Of a stretch of DNA of 29,159 nucleotides, positions 1 to 8,809 are shown in pieces. The stretch's first letter is position 1. Every line of letters starts with the position of its first letter. The stretch lies in IMG/VR virus record IMGVR_UViG_3300025601_000083, positions 1-29,159 of that record, one strand, 5' to 3'. The translations under genes and the position numbers were made by a program. The notes under the pieces were generated by a model, which was not told the DNA's origin, made no database searches, and worked only from the letters and a program-made list of their open reading frames with translations. This stretch comes from a virus. Its lineage: Duplodnaviria > Caudoviricetes.

Positions 1-3000
1 ATGTAGGCGACGATAACGCTCTGTTTAATACCAAGATGCTGACTGTATCCGTACAAAATGCCCTGAATGTCGCTATGACTGAAGGAGACGTGTCAGAAGC
101 ATTTATGGTTAGTCTGGCCAGACAGATTGGTTATGCGAGCGTAAAGGCTTTAAACGAGGGTACATTCCAACAAGAGTTTGGAGACGCGTGGGACAGAGTA
201 ACGGGTAAGTTTGCAACCTTAAACGATCAAGGGCTATTGGTAGAAGGAGCCGTAGATGCGCATACTGCCGTTGTAGATGAGATAAACGACATTGCCCAAC
301 AGATTAAAGAAGGGTCTGAAGAACTGCTTCGCTTAAAAGGTATACCGCAAAAAATCCTACAAGGTTCTGATGGCCCTATGCGTATGTCTAGGATAGAAAG
401 AACTAGGTTAGAACTCGCACAGGATAATGTACTTATCTACGAAGCGAAGTTTCAGGAATTAGTGACTAACGAGCTTGCCCCTAGATTAGAGGTGTTAAAC
501 CCTTTATATGACAGCACTGCTGCGGATTACCAAACAGCCGTAGATAATTACACTGAGACTTATGCTACGTTAGAGGAGTCTACTCAAGAACTTAACGGGG
601 CTTTAGCGCCTGCGTTTGCCGGTATTAATCAAGCCACAGTTGAAAACATAAGCCCTGATTTTGACGCTGAGTTCTACGCCGAGCAGAACGGTATAACTAA
701 AGAAGAGGCGTACGACCACTATTTAACCGAAGGATTGTTTAGCAACCTACCTTCTAACCAGACTACTCTTACGGCACAGAACTCTGCGGCGGTAAATGGC
801 GTAATAAATGCTGCCGCAAAAACAATAGGGTTAGATGCCTCTCAGTTAACTGATGCCCAAAGAAAAACTATAAGCGAAAAACTTACTACTATGGCTGGGT
901 CGGGAAGCATATCAGACATACCCGAACAGAACGCTGTACAAGGCTTACTAAGCTCTATTAACAACCCCGATGGTACGGGCGAAGAGTTCTTTAAAGCTAC
1001 ACAAAATAATGACGGTAGCTGGGACTACGAGTATTCTTCTACTTCTAGTACGTTTGGTAAAGCTGAAGGAGTAACCAACGCAGATATACGCGACGGTAAG
1101 GCAGAACTAGTAATAGACCCTGACACAGGACAACGCGTTTGGACGAATGTACCTACGGAATCTCACTGGAATGAACATTTAGGAGACATAGTTCAGACAG
1201 ACTCAGAGACAGGCGAGCAGTTCTATATGGATGCTGATGGCAACCGTATGAACGTAATGGACGTACCTGATGTAGACATAGATGCAGTAAACGCAGCTAA
1301 CCCTAACGCGGGGATTGGGTCTGGAAACGACACCCTGCAAGATTTAGCAGAAAACGACCCTCAAGCCTTTACTGACGTAGTAAACGATAACAACCTTTCA
1401 AACCCAGACACAGGGGCTACCCCCGCACCTGACTGGTTATTACAGGCACTGGCAGACGGAGCTACCTACCTACAAGGTGATGAAGACACCGCGCCTGCTA
1501 GCGAAGCTGTTCAGAATGCGTACGCTAACGGTATACGAGCAACCGCAGGGATAATCGAATCGTTTAATGGCTTTGCTACCGCGTTTGGTTCTGACCCTGC
1601 GGGTACCGCAGCGGGTAAGTTTGCTGCTGATATGGCTAAGATTGGAGAAGGCGCTAACACCGCAGGATACAAAGAAGCCGTTGGCGGTATGCGGGAGTTC
1701 CAAGCGGGGCTAGAGCGTAAAGACGACCCTAATACTCCTATAGTCTACGACGAAAACGGTGAGTATGTATCTGGAGACGAGAGTAAGAAGAGTCTTTGGG
1801 AAGGTGCGCAGGGTATATTTAAAACCGCAGCTAACCACCCCGCAGCATTCTTTGGAGAATACGTATCCGTAGAGTTCATGCAGGAAGCAGCGCCGTTATT
1901 AGTGGGCGGTCTAGCTACTCTAGCAGGCCGAGCTACGGCAAAAGTCTTAGGTGCTGGACTTACAAAGGAACTATCGCAAGAAGCCGCACAAGCAATAGGT
2001 AGAAAAGCAGGTCTTACCGCTGCCGCAGCCACTGATGTAGCAGAAGCATGGGGAGGCACCGCAGGTGGTGCGTACGAGCAAGGCCACGCTACCTTTATGA
2101 AGATGGCGGGTAAAGAAGCAGACATATTAGAATTATCTGGCCCTGCTAGAGATGCTTTCTTAGCTGCGCAAGATATAAAAGCACGGGAGTATGCCCTAAA
2201 TTTAGCTATTAATTCCGGTAACGTAGCAGGAGTCATGGCTATAGGTTCTCTTGCCGTAGGTGGCATGGCACTTGAGAAGTTGTTTATAAACGGAAAGCCT
2301 CCTGTAGAGTTTAAAGGGCTGTACAACGAAATATCAAGGCGGTTGTCAGAAGGCGCTACAATAACTGTTAAAGAAGGCGTAACAGAAGCCTTTGAAGAAG
2401 GCGCGGCTACCGGATACACGTCAGGAAGGCTATCGCTAATAGACCCTGATATTGATGTAATGGGGGATGTTGGAGCCGCCGCTGCGTTAGGAGGGATAGT
2501 AGGAGGTACTATATCTGGAGGCATATACAGCATAGCGTCTACAGGTGACTTTGTATCCGACCTAGTAATAAGTAATAACCCTGATGCGTTAGAGCTTCTA
2601 AACAACTCCGAAAACTACAGCCAAGAAGAATTACAGACCAAGCTAAACAATTTCTTGGGCGACCCACAAGTTGCCACCGATGCAATGAACTTCTTGTACG
2701 ACGAAGTTTACACAAGCACTGCCGAAGCTGTTGATGCACTAGAATCGCTAGGGCTACCTTACACACCTGAAGACGTTACCAATACCACAGGATCAACCCC
2801 CGATGCCGACTTAGATGATGAGTTAGCTTCGTACTGGGCAATGGCCTATGGCAATGATAACGACAGTGACGGGGATGGCATACCTAACAACCAAGACCCT
2901 AACCCTAGCAGCCCGTATACCGATGCTGAAACGCCCCCCTCTGCTGACCCTGTTGATCCTCAAATAGAAGCAGATAGATTAGCCGCTGAAGCCGAAGCAG

Positions 3001-4940
3001 ATAGGTTAGCCGCTGAAGCACAAGCAGAAGCAGATAGGTTAGCCGCTTTAGCCGCTGAAGCCGCCACACAAGCAGAAGCAGATAGATTAGCCGCTGAAGC
3101 AGCCGCAGCCCAAGCCGAAGCAGATAGGTTAGCCGCCGAAGCTGAAGCCGCAGCTCAAGCCGAAGCAGAAAGACTCGCTAAAATAGAAGCAGATAGATTA
3201 GCCGCTGAAGAAGAAGCAGATAGATTGGCCGCTGAAGAAGAAGCAGCTCAAATAGAAGCAGATAGGTTAGCTGCGGAGGAAGAGGCAGGAGGTAGGTGGG
3301 TAGACTTGGGGCCATACGGCGGTCGTGTATGGATAAGCAACGATGGCACTATTACTTCCGGGCCTCCTTCTGATGTTGATCCTCAAATAGAAATAGATAG
3401 GTTAGCTCAAGAAGAAGCAGATAGGTTAGCTCAAGAAGAAGAAGCAGCCGCAGCGCAAGCCGAAGCAGATAAGTTAGCTCAAGAAGAAGCAGATAGGTTA
3501 GCTCAAGAAGAAGCAGATAGATTAGCTGCTGAAGAAGAAGCAGATAGATTGGCCGCTGAAGAAGAAGCCACTAGATTGGCTGCTGAAGAAGCCGATAGAT
3601 TAGCTGCTGAAGAAGAAGCTGCACGGTTGGCTGAAGAAGCTAGATTAGCCCAAGAAGAAGCAGATAGATTAGCTGAAGAAGCTAGATTAGCGGATATAGC
3701 TGATAGAGAAGCCGCGCAAGAAGCCGCTAGATTAGCCGCAGCAGAAGCTGCACGGTTGGCGGAAGAATCTGCTGTAGCTAGAGATGCCATAGCAACGGGT
3801 GAAAGAGATGCTATTGCTGGTAGGGTAGGTACCCGTGCAGTAGAAGATGACCCTAATACAGAAGAGGATGAATCTGCTGATGCTACAGGTATATACAAAG
3901 AGATAGAAGACCTATTAGCTCAAGGTGATAGCATAGAAGAAGCTATTGCTAAAGTCGCAGGTGATTTGGGTGAAACTGAAGAAGCTATACTAACTGCTTT
4001 AGGTACTACAGAAGATAACTTACGTGAAGAGTTTGAAACGGGACTCGCGGATGTAACTACTAAACTGGGCGACATGGAAACCGACATCTTGTATAAGATG
4101 AAGGAGTACCAAGACCAGAACTTAACTGCGGATGAAGCCCTTTCTAAAGCAATAGACGATGTATCTACCGATCTAGGTAAGACTAAAGAAGAAATACTCA
4201 CGGAGTTAGGTGAGACTGAAGAAACCCTGATAACTCGTTTTGACGAGGGTATGGCTGATCTTGGATTAGAAATAGATAATGTCGCTAACTTTGTAGGTAA
4301 GCCTGCCGGTGACATTACTGCAACAGATGTAGATTTTTACGCGGATTACCTAGCACAACAAGAAGTACTTAGCGAGGCTGATCGGGCTTCTTTTGTTCCC
4401 ACTGACCAACAATTGCAGTATGATGTTAACAACGATGGTGTAATTGATGCGGCTGACCAAGCCCTTGTGCAGGGAGCCTTTGGTGGCAATGAAGTAGCAT
4501 TAGGCGGTAAGTTTGCATCCACTGGTTTGTATGCCTACAACGATGCAATAGCCGCACAGCAAAAGCAAGAAGCTGAACAGCAGTTTAAAGAAGAGCAAGA
4601 GTTAGAACAACAACGGCAGTTTGAGGTTCAAACTCAGATTGACCAGAACCAAAGACTCAACAAGTTTGATGACGAAATACGTAGGGTAGCGGAGATGCAA
4701 GCCGCGCAGCCTACAGTAGCTACTACTAAGAAGATGGGACTAGCGAAAATCGGCCCGCAGTATGGTTTTGATACTATATTCGCTAACCAACAACAAGAGC
4801 AGGCTTATGGCACTCCATTTGGAGGGTACGGCCCTAGTTCTAGTCCTCTTGGGCAAAGTCCATTTGGAGTTAGAAAAGCGTCAGGTGGTATAATCAAAGA
4901 CAGTACAGATAGACTATTAAAGATAATTGGAGAAGACTAA
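1..4940 (+). CDS. Large repeat-rich virion/internal (ejection-type) protein, 5'-truncated
   Basis: The frame is open upstream of ATG 36 to the window edge (gta ggc gac gat aac gct ctg ttt aat acc aag), so the real start may lie outside the window. It contains a coiled-coil N-terminal part, a Gly/Ala-rich hydrophobic middle, EADRLAAE repeats, DxDxDG-type loops and a C-terminal KASGGII motif. The stop overlaps the next start (TAATG at 4940). Function is inferred from context. Confidence 0.75.
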   Translation, partial: VGDDNALFNTKMLTVSVQNALNVAMTEGDVSEAFMVSLARQIGYASVKALNEGTFQQEFGDAWDRVTGKFATLNDQGLLVEGAVDAHTAVVDEINDIAQQIKEGSEELLRLKGIPQKILQGSDGPMRMSRIERTRLELAQDNVLIYEAKFQELVTNELAPRLEVLNPLYDSTAADYQTAVDNYTETYATLEESTQELNGALAPAFAGINQATVENISPDFDAEFYAEQNGITKEEAYDHYLTEGLFSNLPSNQTTLTAQNSAAVNGVINAAAKTIGLDASQLTDAQRKTISEKLTTMAGSGSISDIPEQNAVQGLLSSINNPDGTGEEFFKATQNNDGSWDYEYSSTSSTFGKAEGVTNADIRDGKAELVIDPDTGQRVWTNVPTESHWNEHLGDIVQTDSETGEQFYMDADGNRMNVMDVPDVDIDAVNAANPNAGIGSGNDTLQDLAENDPQAFTDVVNDNNLSNPDTGATPAPDWLLQALADGATYLQGDEDTAPASEAVQNAYANGIRATAGIIESFNGFATAFGSDPAGTAAGKFAADMAKIGEGANTAGYKEAVGGMREFQAGLERKDDPNTPIVYDENGEYVSGDESKKSLWEGAQGIFKTAANHPAAFFGEYVSVEFMQEAAPLLVGGLATLAGRATAKVLGAGLTKELSQEAAQAIGRKAGLTAAAATDVAEAWGGTAGGAYEQGHATFMKMAGKEADILELSGPARDAFLAAQDIKAREYALNLAINSGNVAGVMAIGSLAVGGMALEKLFINGKPPVEFKGLYNEISRRLSEGATITVKEGVTEAFEEGAATGYTSGRLSLIDPDIDVMGDVGAAAALGGIVGGTISGGIYSIASTGDFVSDLVISNNPDALELLNNSENYSQEELQTKLNNFLGDPQVATDAMNFLYDEVYTSTAEAVDALESLGLPYTPEDVTNTTGSTPDADLDDELASYWAMAYGNDNDSDGDGIPNNQDPNPSSPYTDAETPPSADPVDPQIEADRLAAEAEADRLAAEAQAEADRLAALAAEAATQAEADRLAAEAAAAQAEADRLAAEAEAAAQAEAERLAKIEADRLAAEEEADRLAAEEEAAQIEADRLAAEEEAGGRWVDLGPYGGRVWISNDGTITSGPPSDVDPQIEIDRLAQEEADRLAQEEEAAAAQAEADKLAQEEADRLAQEEADRLAAEEEADRLAAEEEATRLAAEEADRLAAEEEAARLAEEARLAQEEADRLAEEARLADIADREAAQEAARLAAAEAARLAEESAVARDAIATGERDAIAGRVGTRAVEDDPNTEEDESADATGIYKEIEDLLAQGDSIEEAIAKVAGDLGETEEAILTALGTTEDNLREEFETGLADVTTKLGDMETDILYKMKEYQDQNLTADEALSKAIDDVSTDLGKTKEEILTELGETEETLITRFDEGMADLGLEIDNVANFVGKPAGDITATDVDFYADYLAQQEVLSEADRASFVPTDQQLQYDVNNDGVIDAADQALVQGAFGGNEVALGGKFASTGLYAYNDAIAAQQKQEAEQQFKEEQELEQQRQFEVQTQIDQNQRLNKFDDEIRRVAEMQAAQPTVATTKKMGLAKIGPQYGFDTIFANQQQEQAYGTPFGGYGPSSSPLGQSPFGVRKASGGIIKDSTDRLLKIIGED
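2955..3765 (+). repeat. Imperfect in-frame tandem repeat encoding (E)EADRLAAE/AQE units
   Basis: Many copies of gaagcagatag(a/g)ttagc(c/t)gctgaa-like units. There are two blocks, each starting with DPQIE(A/I)DRLA. Confidence 0.95.
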
Positions 4941-6697
4941 TGGGCTGGTATTCAGATACAGTAAACTTTCTTACGGCTGACGGCGGTACGGCAGAAGGGT
5001 TTTTTAATAGCGATTTCGTTAGTGGGGCTTTACAAGGTGCCGCAACTAGTGGACTTAACCAATTCTTCCAACCAGACATCCCAAAAGTAGGTTATCAGGG
5101 CAAGATTCCTGAACTACAAGCTGTGCGCGAACGAGTACCTATGCAGCAACCTACCGAAGGACAGCCTGCCCGCAGGCCGGGAAGCCAAGGCCGTAGATAC
5201 TTCTCAGACAATCAGTTTGCTCAACGCCCTGACACGCCAACTCCTACGGTAGAGGAAGCACGGGCAGCGGCCCAAACGCAGGCACGGGAGTTAGGACAGG
5301 CCCAGAATCCTCAAGCCCCTCAAGGTCTAGCTATGGGTGGTATTGCCTCTGCACATAACGGTTACTACCTAGGTGGTAAGACTGATGGCATGGCTGACGA
5401 TGTGCCAGCAAGCATTGATGGTAAGCAAGAAGCCCGTCTTAGTGACGGCGAGTTCGTTATTCCTGCTGACGTAGTAAGTCACCTAGGCAACGGTAACTCT
5501 GATGCGGGTGCAGACCAGTTGCACGGTATGATGAACAATGTACGTATGGAACGTACGGGTAATCCAGAACAAGGTAAACAAATAGACCCTAACAAGTTTA
5601 TGCCTACTATGGCTCAAGGTGGTGGAATAGCCGCGTATAACTACGGTGGTTCTGTCTACCAACGCCAACCTAAAGCTACTAACTTCCAAGCTACAGGTGC
5701 TGTATCAGCCGTCCCGACCACCCCTGCCACGACCACCCCTGCCACGACCACCCCTGCCACGACCACCACTGCCACGAATACAGCAGCGGGAGTTGGAGGA
5801 GACACTACAACGGGTGTTGATCCTAGTGTAGGAGAATATGCAGGTAAAGAAAGTTCTTTATCTAGCTGGGCTGGCGACTATGTAACTGACATGCTCGGAC
5901 AAGGTAAAGCACTGGGTAATCAGGCGTATCAAGCCTACCAAGGCCCGCTTAGTGCCGGAGAGTCAGGGCTACAGCAGCAGGCGTTTGCAGGTATTGGTAG
6001 TCTACAAGCTCCTACTAATATGGGAGTTAACGCTTTTACCGCAGCAGACGCTCAAGCAGGTATGAACCCATACTTAATGTCTTCGCTTAACCCGCAACTA
6101 GAGGAAGCGCGACGTCAGTCAGAGATAGATCGTATTGCTAATGCAGGACGCATGACGCAGGCAGGGGCGTTCGGTGGTTCACGTCAGGCTCTTATGGATA
6201 TGGAAAATCAACGCAACCTACAGACTAACCTAGCAGATATAACAGGTAAGGGCTACGCCTCTGCATATGACAGGGCGAGAGAGCAGTTTAACTTAGATCG
6301 AGACAAGAGTAATCAGTACGGGTTTGACGTACTCGCTAGGCAAGAAGGTGCAGGCGCTACTCAGCGAGGCATCGAAAGCGAAGGTATGGCCGCAGATTAC
6401 GCACAGTTTAAAGAAGAACGTGACTTCCCTTACAAGCAAGTACAGTATATGCAGTCACTACTGCAAGGGTTGCCACTAGAAGCACAATCAGTTTCTTACA
6501 ACGCCCCTAGTACCGCAGCACAGTACGCAGGTACAGCAGAGACCATAGAAGATATATACAACAAGTATTTAGGCGGAGGTTCTCAGGGTACTGGTGAATG
6601 GCAGTTTGGAGGCGCGACCGCAGCGGAAGTAGAGGCTGAATATGCGGCTGACCCTAGTATTACTCCGGCGGCAATAGCGGCAAAATACTCGCAATAG
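4940..6697 (+). CDS. Putative internal virion/DNA-transfer (ejection) protein
   Basis: 585 aa ORF coupled to the upstream gene (GGAG before TAATG). The N-terminal GG..DG.ADDVPA..LSDGEFVIPADVV block resembles a motif familiar from phage virion/tape-measure proteins. The C-terminal Gln/Ala/Gly-rich part has MNPY...GAFGGSRQ, typical of phage DNA-transfer-like proteins. Confidence 0.65.
   Translation: MGWYSDTVNFLTADGGTAEGFFNSDFVSGALQGAATSGLNQFFQPDIPKVGYQGKIPELQAVRERVPMQQPTEGQPARRPGSQGRRYFSDNQFAQRPDTPTPTVEEARAAAQTQARELGQAQNPQAPQGLAMGGIASAHNGYYLGGKTDGMADDVPASIDGKQEARLSDGEFVIPADVVSHLGNGNSDAGADQLHGMMNNVRMERTGNPEQGKQIDPNKFMPTMAQGGGIAAYNYGGSVYQRQPKATNFQATGAVSAVPTTPATTTPATTTPATTTTATNTAAGVGGDTTTGVDPSVGEYAGKESSLSSWAGDYVTDMLGQGKALGNQAYQAYQGPLSAGESGLQQQAFAGIGSLQAPTNMGVNAFTAADAQAGMNPYLMSSLNPQLEEARRQSEIDRIANAGRMTQAGAFGGSRQALMDMENQRNLQTNLADITGKGYASAYDRAREQFNLDRDKSNQYGFDVLARQEGAGATQRGIESEGMAADYAQFKEERDFPYKQVQYMQSLLQGLPLEAQSVSYNAPSTAAQYAGTAETIEDIYNKYLGGGSQGTGEWQFGGATAAEVEAEYAADPSITPAAIAAKYSQ
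5716..5775 (+). repeat. 15-bp tandem repeat x4 (TTPAT linker)
   Basis: gaccacccctgccac x3 followed by gaccaccactgccac. Confidence 0.95.
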
Positions 6698-6721
6698 AAT
6701 TTAAAGTTTTAGGAGATACCC

Positions 6722-8797
6722 ATGTTACAAGCAGGCGGCATAGATAAGTTAGTAGAGCAAAAAGCAGATGCGTATAGAGGTAACCCTCAAGCATTACAAA
6801 AAAGATACTCTCAGAATCAAGAGTTGATGGATTTGCTCGCCATGCAGAAGCTGAAAACTGAAAAAGAAGCCGCTTCTAGGGAAATGGCGCTAAAAGCTGA
6901 ACAGACTCCAAGCACTATAGCAGAGCAATACGAGCAGCAGTTAGTGGGTATGAACAAGGACGAAATGGCTGGGCAAGTAGCTGGTGTTCTTGGGCAGAAG
7001 CAAAAGCAAGCTCAACAGAAGCAACAAGCTATGGGTATGCCTCCTCAGAAACCCCAAGGCCAACGGCCTCCTATGCCTCAAGGCGCTCCTCAAGGTATCG
7101 CTAGTCAGCCTCGTCCTAACATGCAAAAAATGGCTCAAGGCGGAATTATTGGGTATGACGCTGGCGGCGGAGTAGAAGCTAAAGGTAGTAGGCTAGAGCA
7201 AGCATTAAAAGCGATAGGTATATCCTATAAAGACTACAGGGCTATGCGTCCAGAGCAAAGAAAAGAACTTGACGCTAAGATACAACAAGAATACGTAAAG
7301 CAACGTGAAGAGTTTACTGCCGCAGGCGTACCCGAGATGCCTATTGTTAAGACTGTACGAGAGGCGCAAGACCCCAAAATACGAGCTGAAAAGAGTGAAG
7401 CTATCCGTAAGCGTTTGAATCCTACGGAAGAAGATAAAGCCCAAAAAGTCCAAGATGCAGAAAGTGCTAAAAGTTCTGCCGCTGCTGCGGCTCAAAAAAT
7501 AAAAGGTATAGCGGGGATTAAGCCTTCCGCAGTAGAGCAGATAGCTAAGACTAATGCTCCTGACCCCTCCACTACGGGTATTGGTGCTCCCCTTGTTGGG
7601 GCTGGCACTGTGCTCGCCGCACCTGCGGGACAACCACCTGCGGGACAACCACCTGCGGGTTTCGGTGCTTCTTCTGATATGAGTATAGACCAACAACTAC
7701 AGTCCGTGCTTAACACTCCTGCACCTGACACTAGCGCCATAAGCAAAAAACAACTCAGTACAGCACTGGGTGATAGCTTTATGGGTAAGGTAGAAGACCG
7801 TATAGACGTAAACCCTGAAGTTAAAAGTGAGGCTACACTAGCTAGGCTGGCCTCTGATGACGTAGAAAAAGGCGGTTACGGCGTCAAGAAATACGAAGAA
7901 GGTTTGGGTGAGTACTTGACGCGAAAAAAAGAATTGGACAAGGCACAGTTAGACCCTGAAGCAGTGGCTAGGGAACGCACTAATGCGGGCATAAGAGGGC
8001 TTATTTCAGGTGGTACTGGCCGTGGGGCTAGCATCGCTAGAGGTAAGTTTGATGATAATGTATCAAAAAGACAACGCGCCGTTATTACCGAGCAGAGAGA
8101 TATGTTCGTTAAGAACAAAGAAGCTACGTCCGCCGTACTAGACACAATAAACAAGGGAGCAGCGGATACCTTGAAGTTGTACACAGAGGATGTCGCTGCT
8201 GGTATGGACTTGATGGCGAATGTTACTAAAGGCGATTTGGAGATGTATCAAAAAGAAGCCGATAGAATGTATAACCAAAATCAGAACGGTATTAAGAATA
8301 AAATTGACGCTCTGAAAGTAAGTTCGCAGGCTAACCTACAAAAACTGATACAAGAACAAGCTAGTATAGAGCAAGTTTCCAGTTCTTTAACGAAGCTAAT
8401 ACAGCAGAATACCACCCTAAGAGAAGAACATTTTAAAGCTCTTCAGCCTGATATGATGCGGTTAAATAAGATAGTATACGACAAAGACTCCACCCCTGAA
8501 CAAGTCAAACTAGCGAAAGCGCAGCAAAAGGATATGGAAGGTGTTTTCCAAGTGATAGAGGATAAAACTAAAGTCGATGATATTATTACTATACACGAAG
8601 AAATTATAAAGATGCTTAGAGATCAAGGTAGCTACTCTAATACTAAGATTACGCAACTACAAACTATGGTGCAACAAAAACTAGGAACTTCTCAAGGGAC
8701 TTCTCAAGGGACTTCTCAAGTGGCTTCTCAAAGTGCTTCTCAAAGCGGCACCGCGCTACAAAGAGCAAATGCACTAGCGCCTCCTCCTAAACCATAA
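6722..8797 (+). CDS. Putative internal virion (ejection) protein, helical and Gln/Pro-rich
   Basis: 691 aa ORF with a strong RBS (AGGAG) upstream. It carries the MAQGGII motif and long coiled-coil stretches, and lies between two other virion-like genes. Confidence 0.65.
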   Translation: MLQAGGIDKLVEQKADAYRGNPQALQKRYSQNQELMDLLAMQKLKTEKEAASREMALKAEQTPSTIAEQYEQQLVGMNKDEMAGQVAGVLGQKQKQAQQKQQAMGMPPQKPQGQRPPMPQGAPQGIASQPRPNMQKMAQGGIIGYDAGGGVEAKGSRLEQALKAIGISYKDYRAMRPEQRKELDAKIQQEYVKQREEFTAAGVPEMPIVKTVREAQDPKIRAEKSEAIRKRLNPTEEDKAQKVQDAESAKSSAAAAAQKIKGIAGIKPSAVEQIAKTNAPDPSTTGIGAPLVGAGTVLAAPAGQPPAGQPPAGFGASSDMSIDQQLQSVLNTPAPDTSAISKKQLSTALGDSFMGKVEDRIDVNPEVKSEATLARLASDDVEKGGYGVKKYEEGLGEYLTRKKELDKAQLDPEAVARERTNAGIRGLISGGTGRGASIARGKFDDNVSKRQRAVITEQRDMFVKNKEATSAVLDTINKGAADTLKLYTEDVAAGMDLMANVTKGDLEMYQKEADRMYNQNQNGIKNKIDALKVSSQANLQKLIQEQASIEQVSSSLTKLIQQNTTLREEHFKALQPDMMRLNKIVYDKDSTPEQVKLAKAQQKDMEGVFQVIEDKTKVDDIITIHEEIIKMLRDQGSYSNTKITQLQTMVQQKLGTSQGTSQGTSQVASQSASQSGTALQRANALAPPPKP
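7621..7659 (+). repeat. 15-bp tandem repeat x~2.6 (PAGQP)
   Basis: acctgcgggacaacc acctgcgggacaacc acctgcggg. Confidence 0.9.
8684..8743 (+). repeat. 12-bp tandem repeat x5 (GTSQ/xASQ)
   Basis: ggaacttctcaa gggacttctcaa gggacttctcaa gtggcttctcaa agtgcttctcaa. Confidence 0.9.
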
Positions 8798-8809
8798 GGA
8801 TTTAGTTGT

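Noticed and set aside
2955-3765. Repeat array as CRISPR or DGR template
   Set aside because: The units are in-frame coding repeats without unique spacers, and no reverse transcriptase is present.
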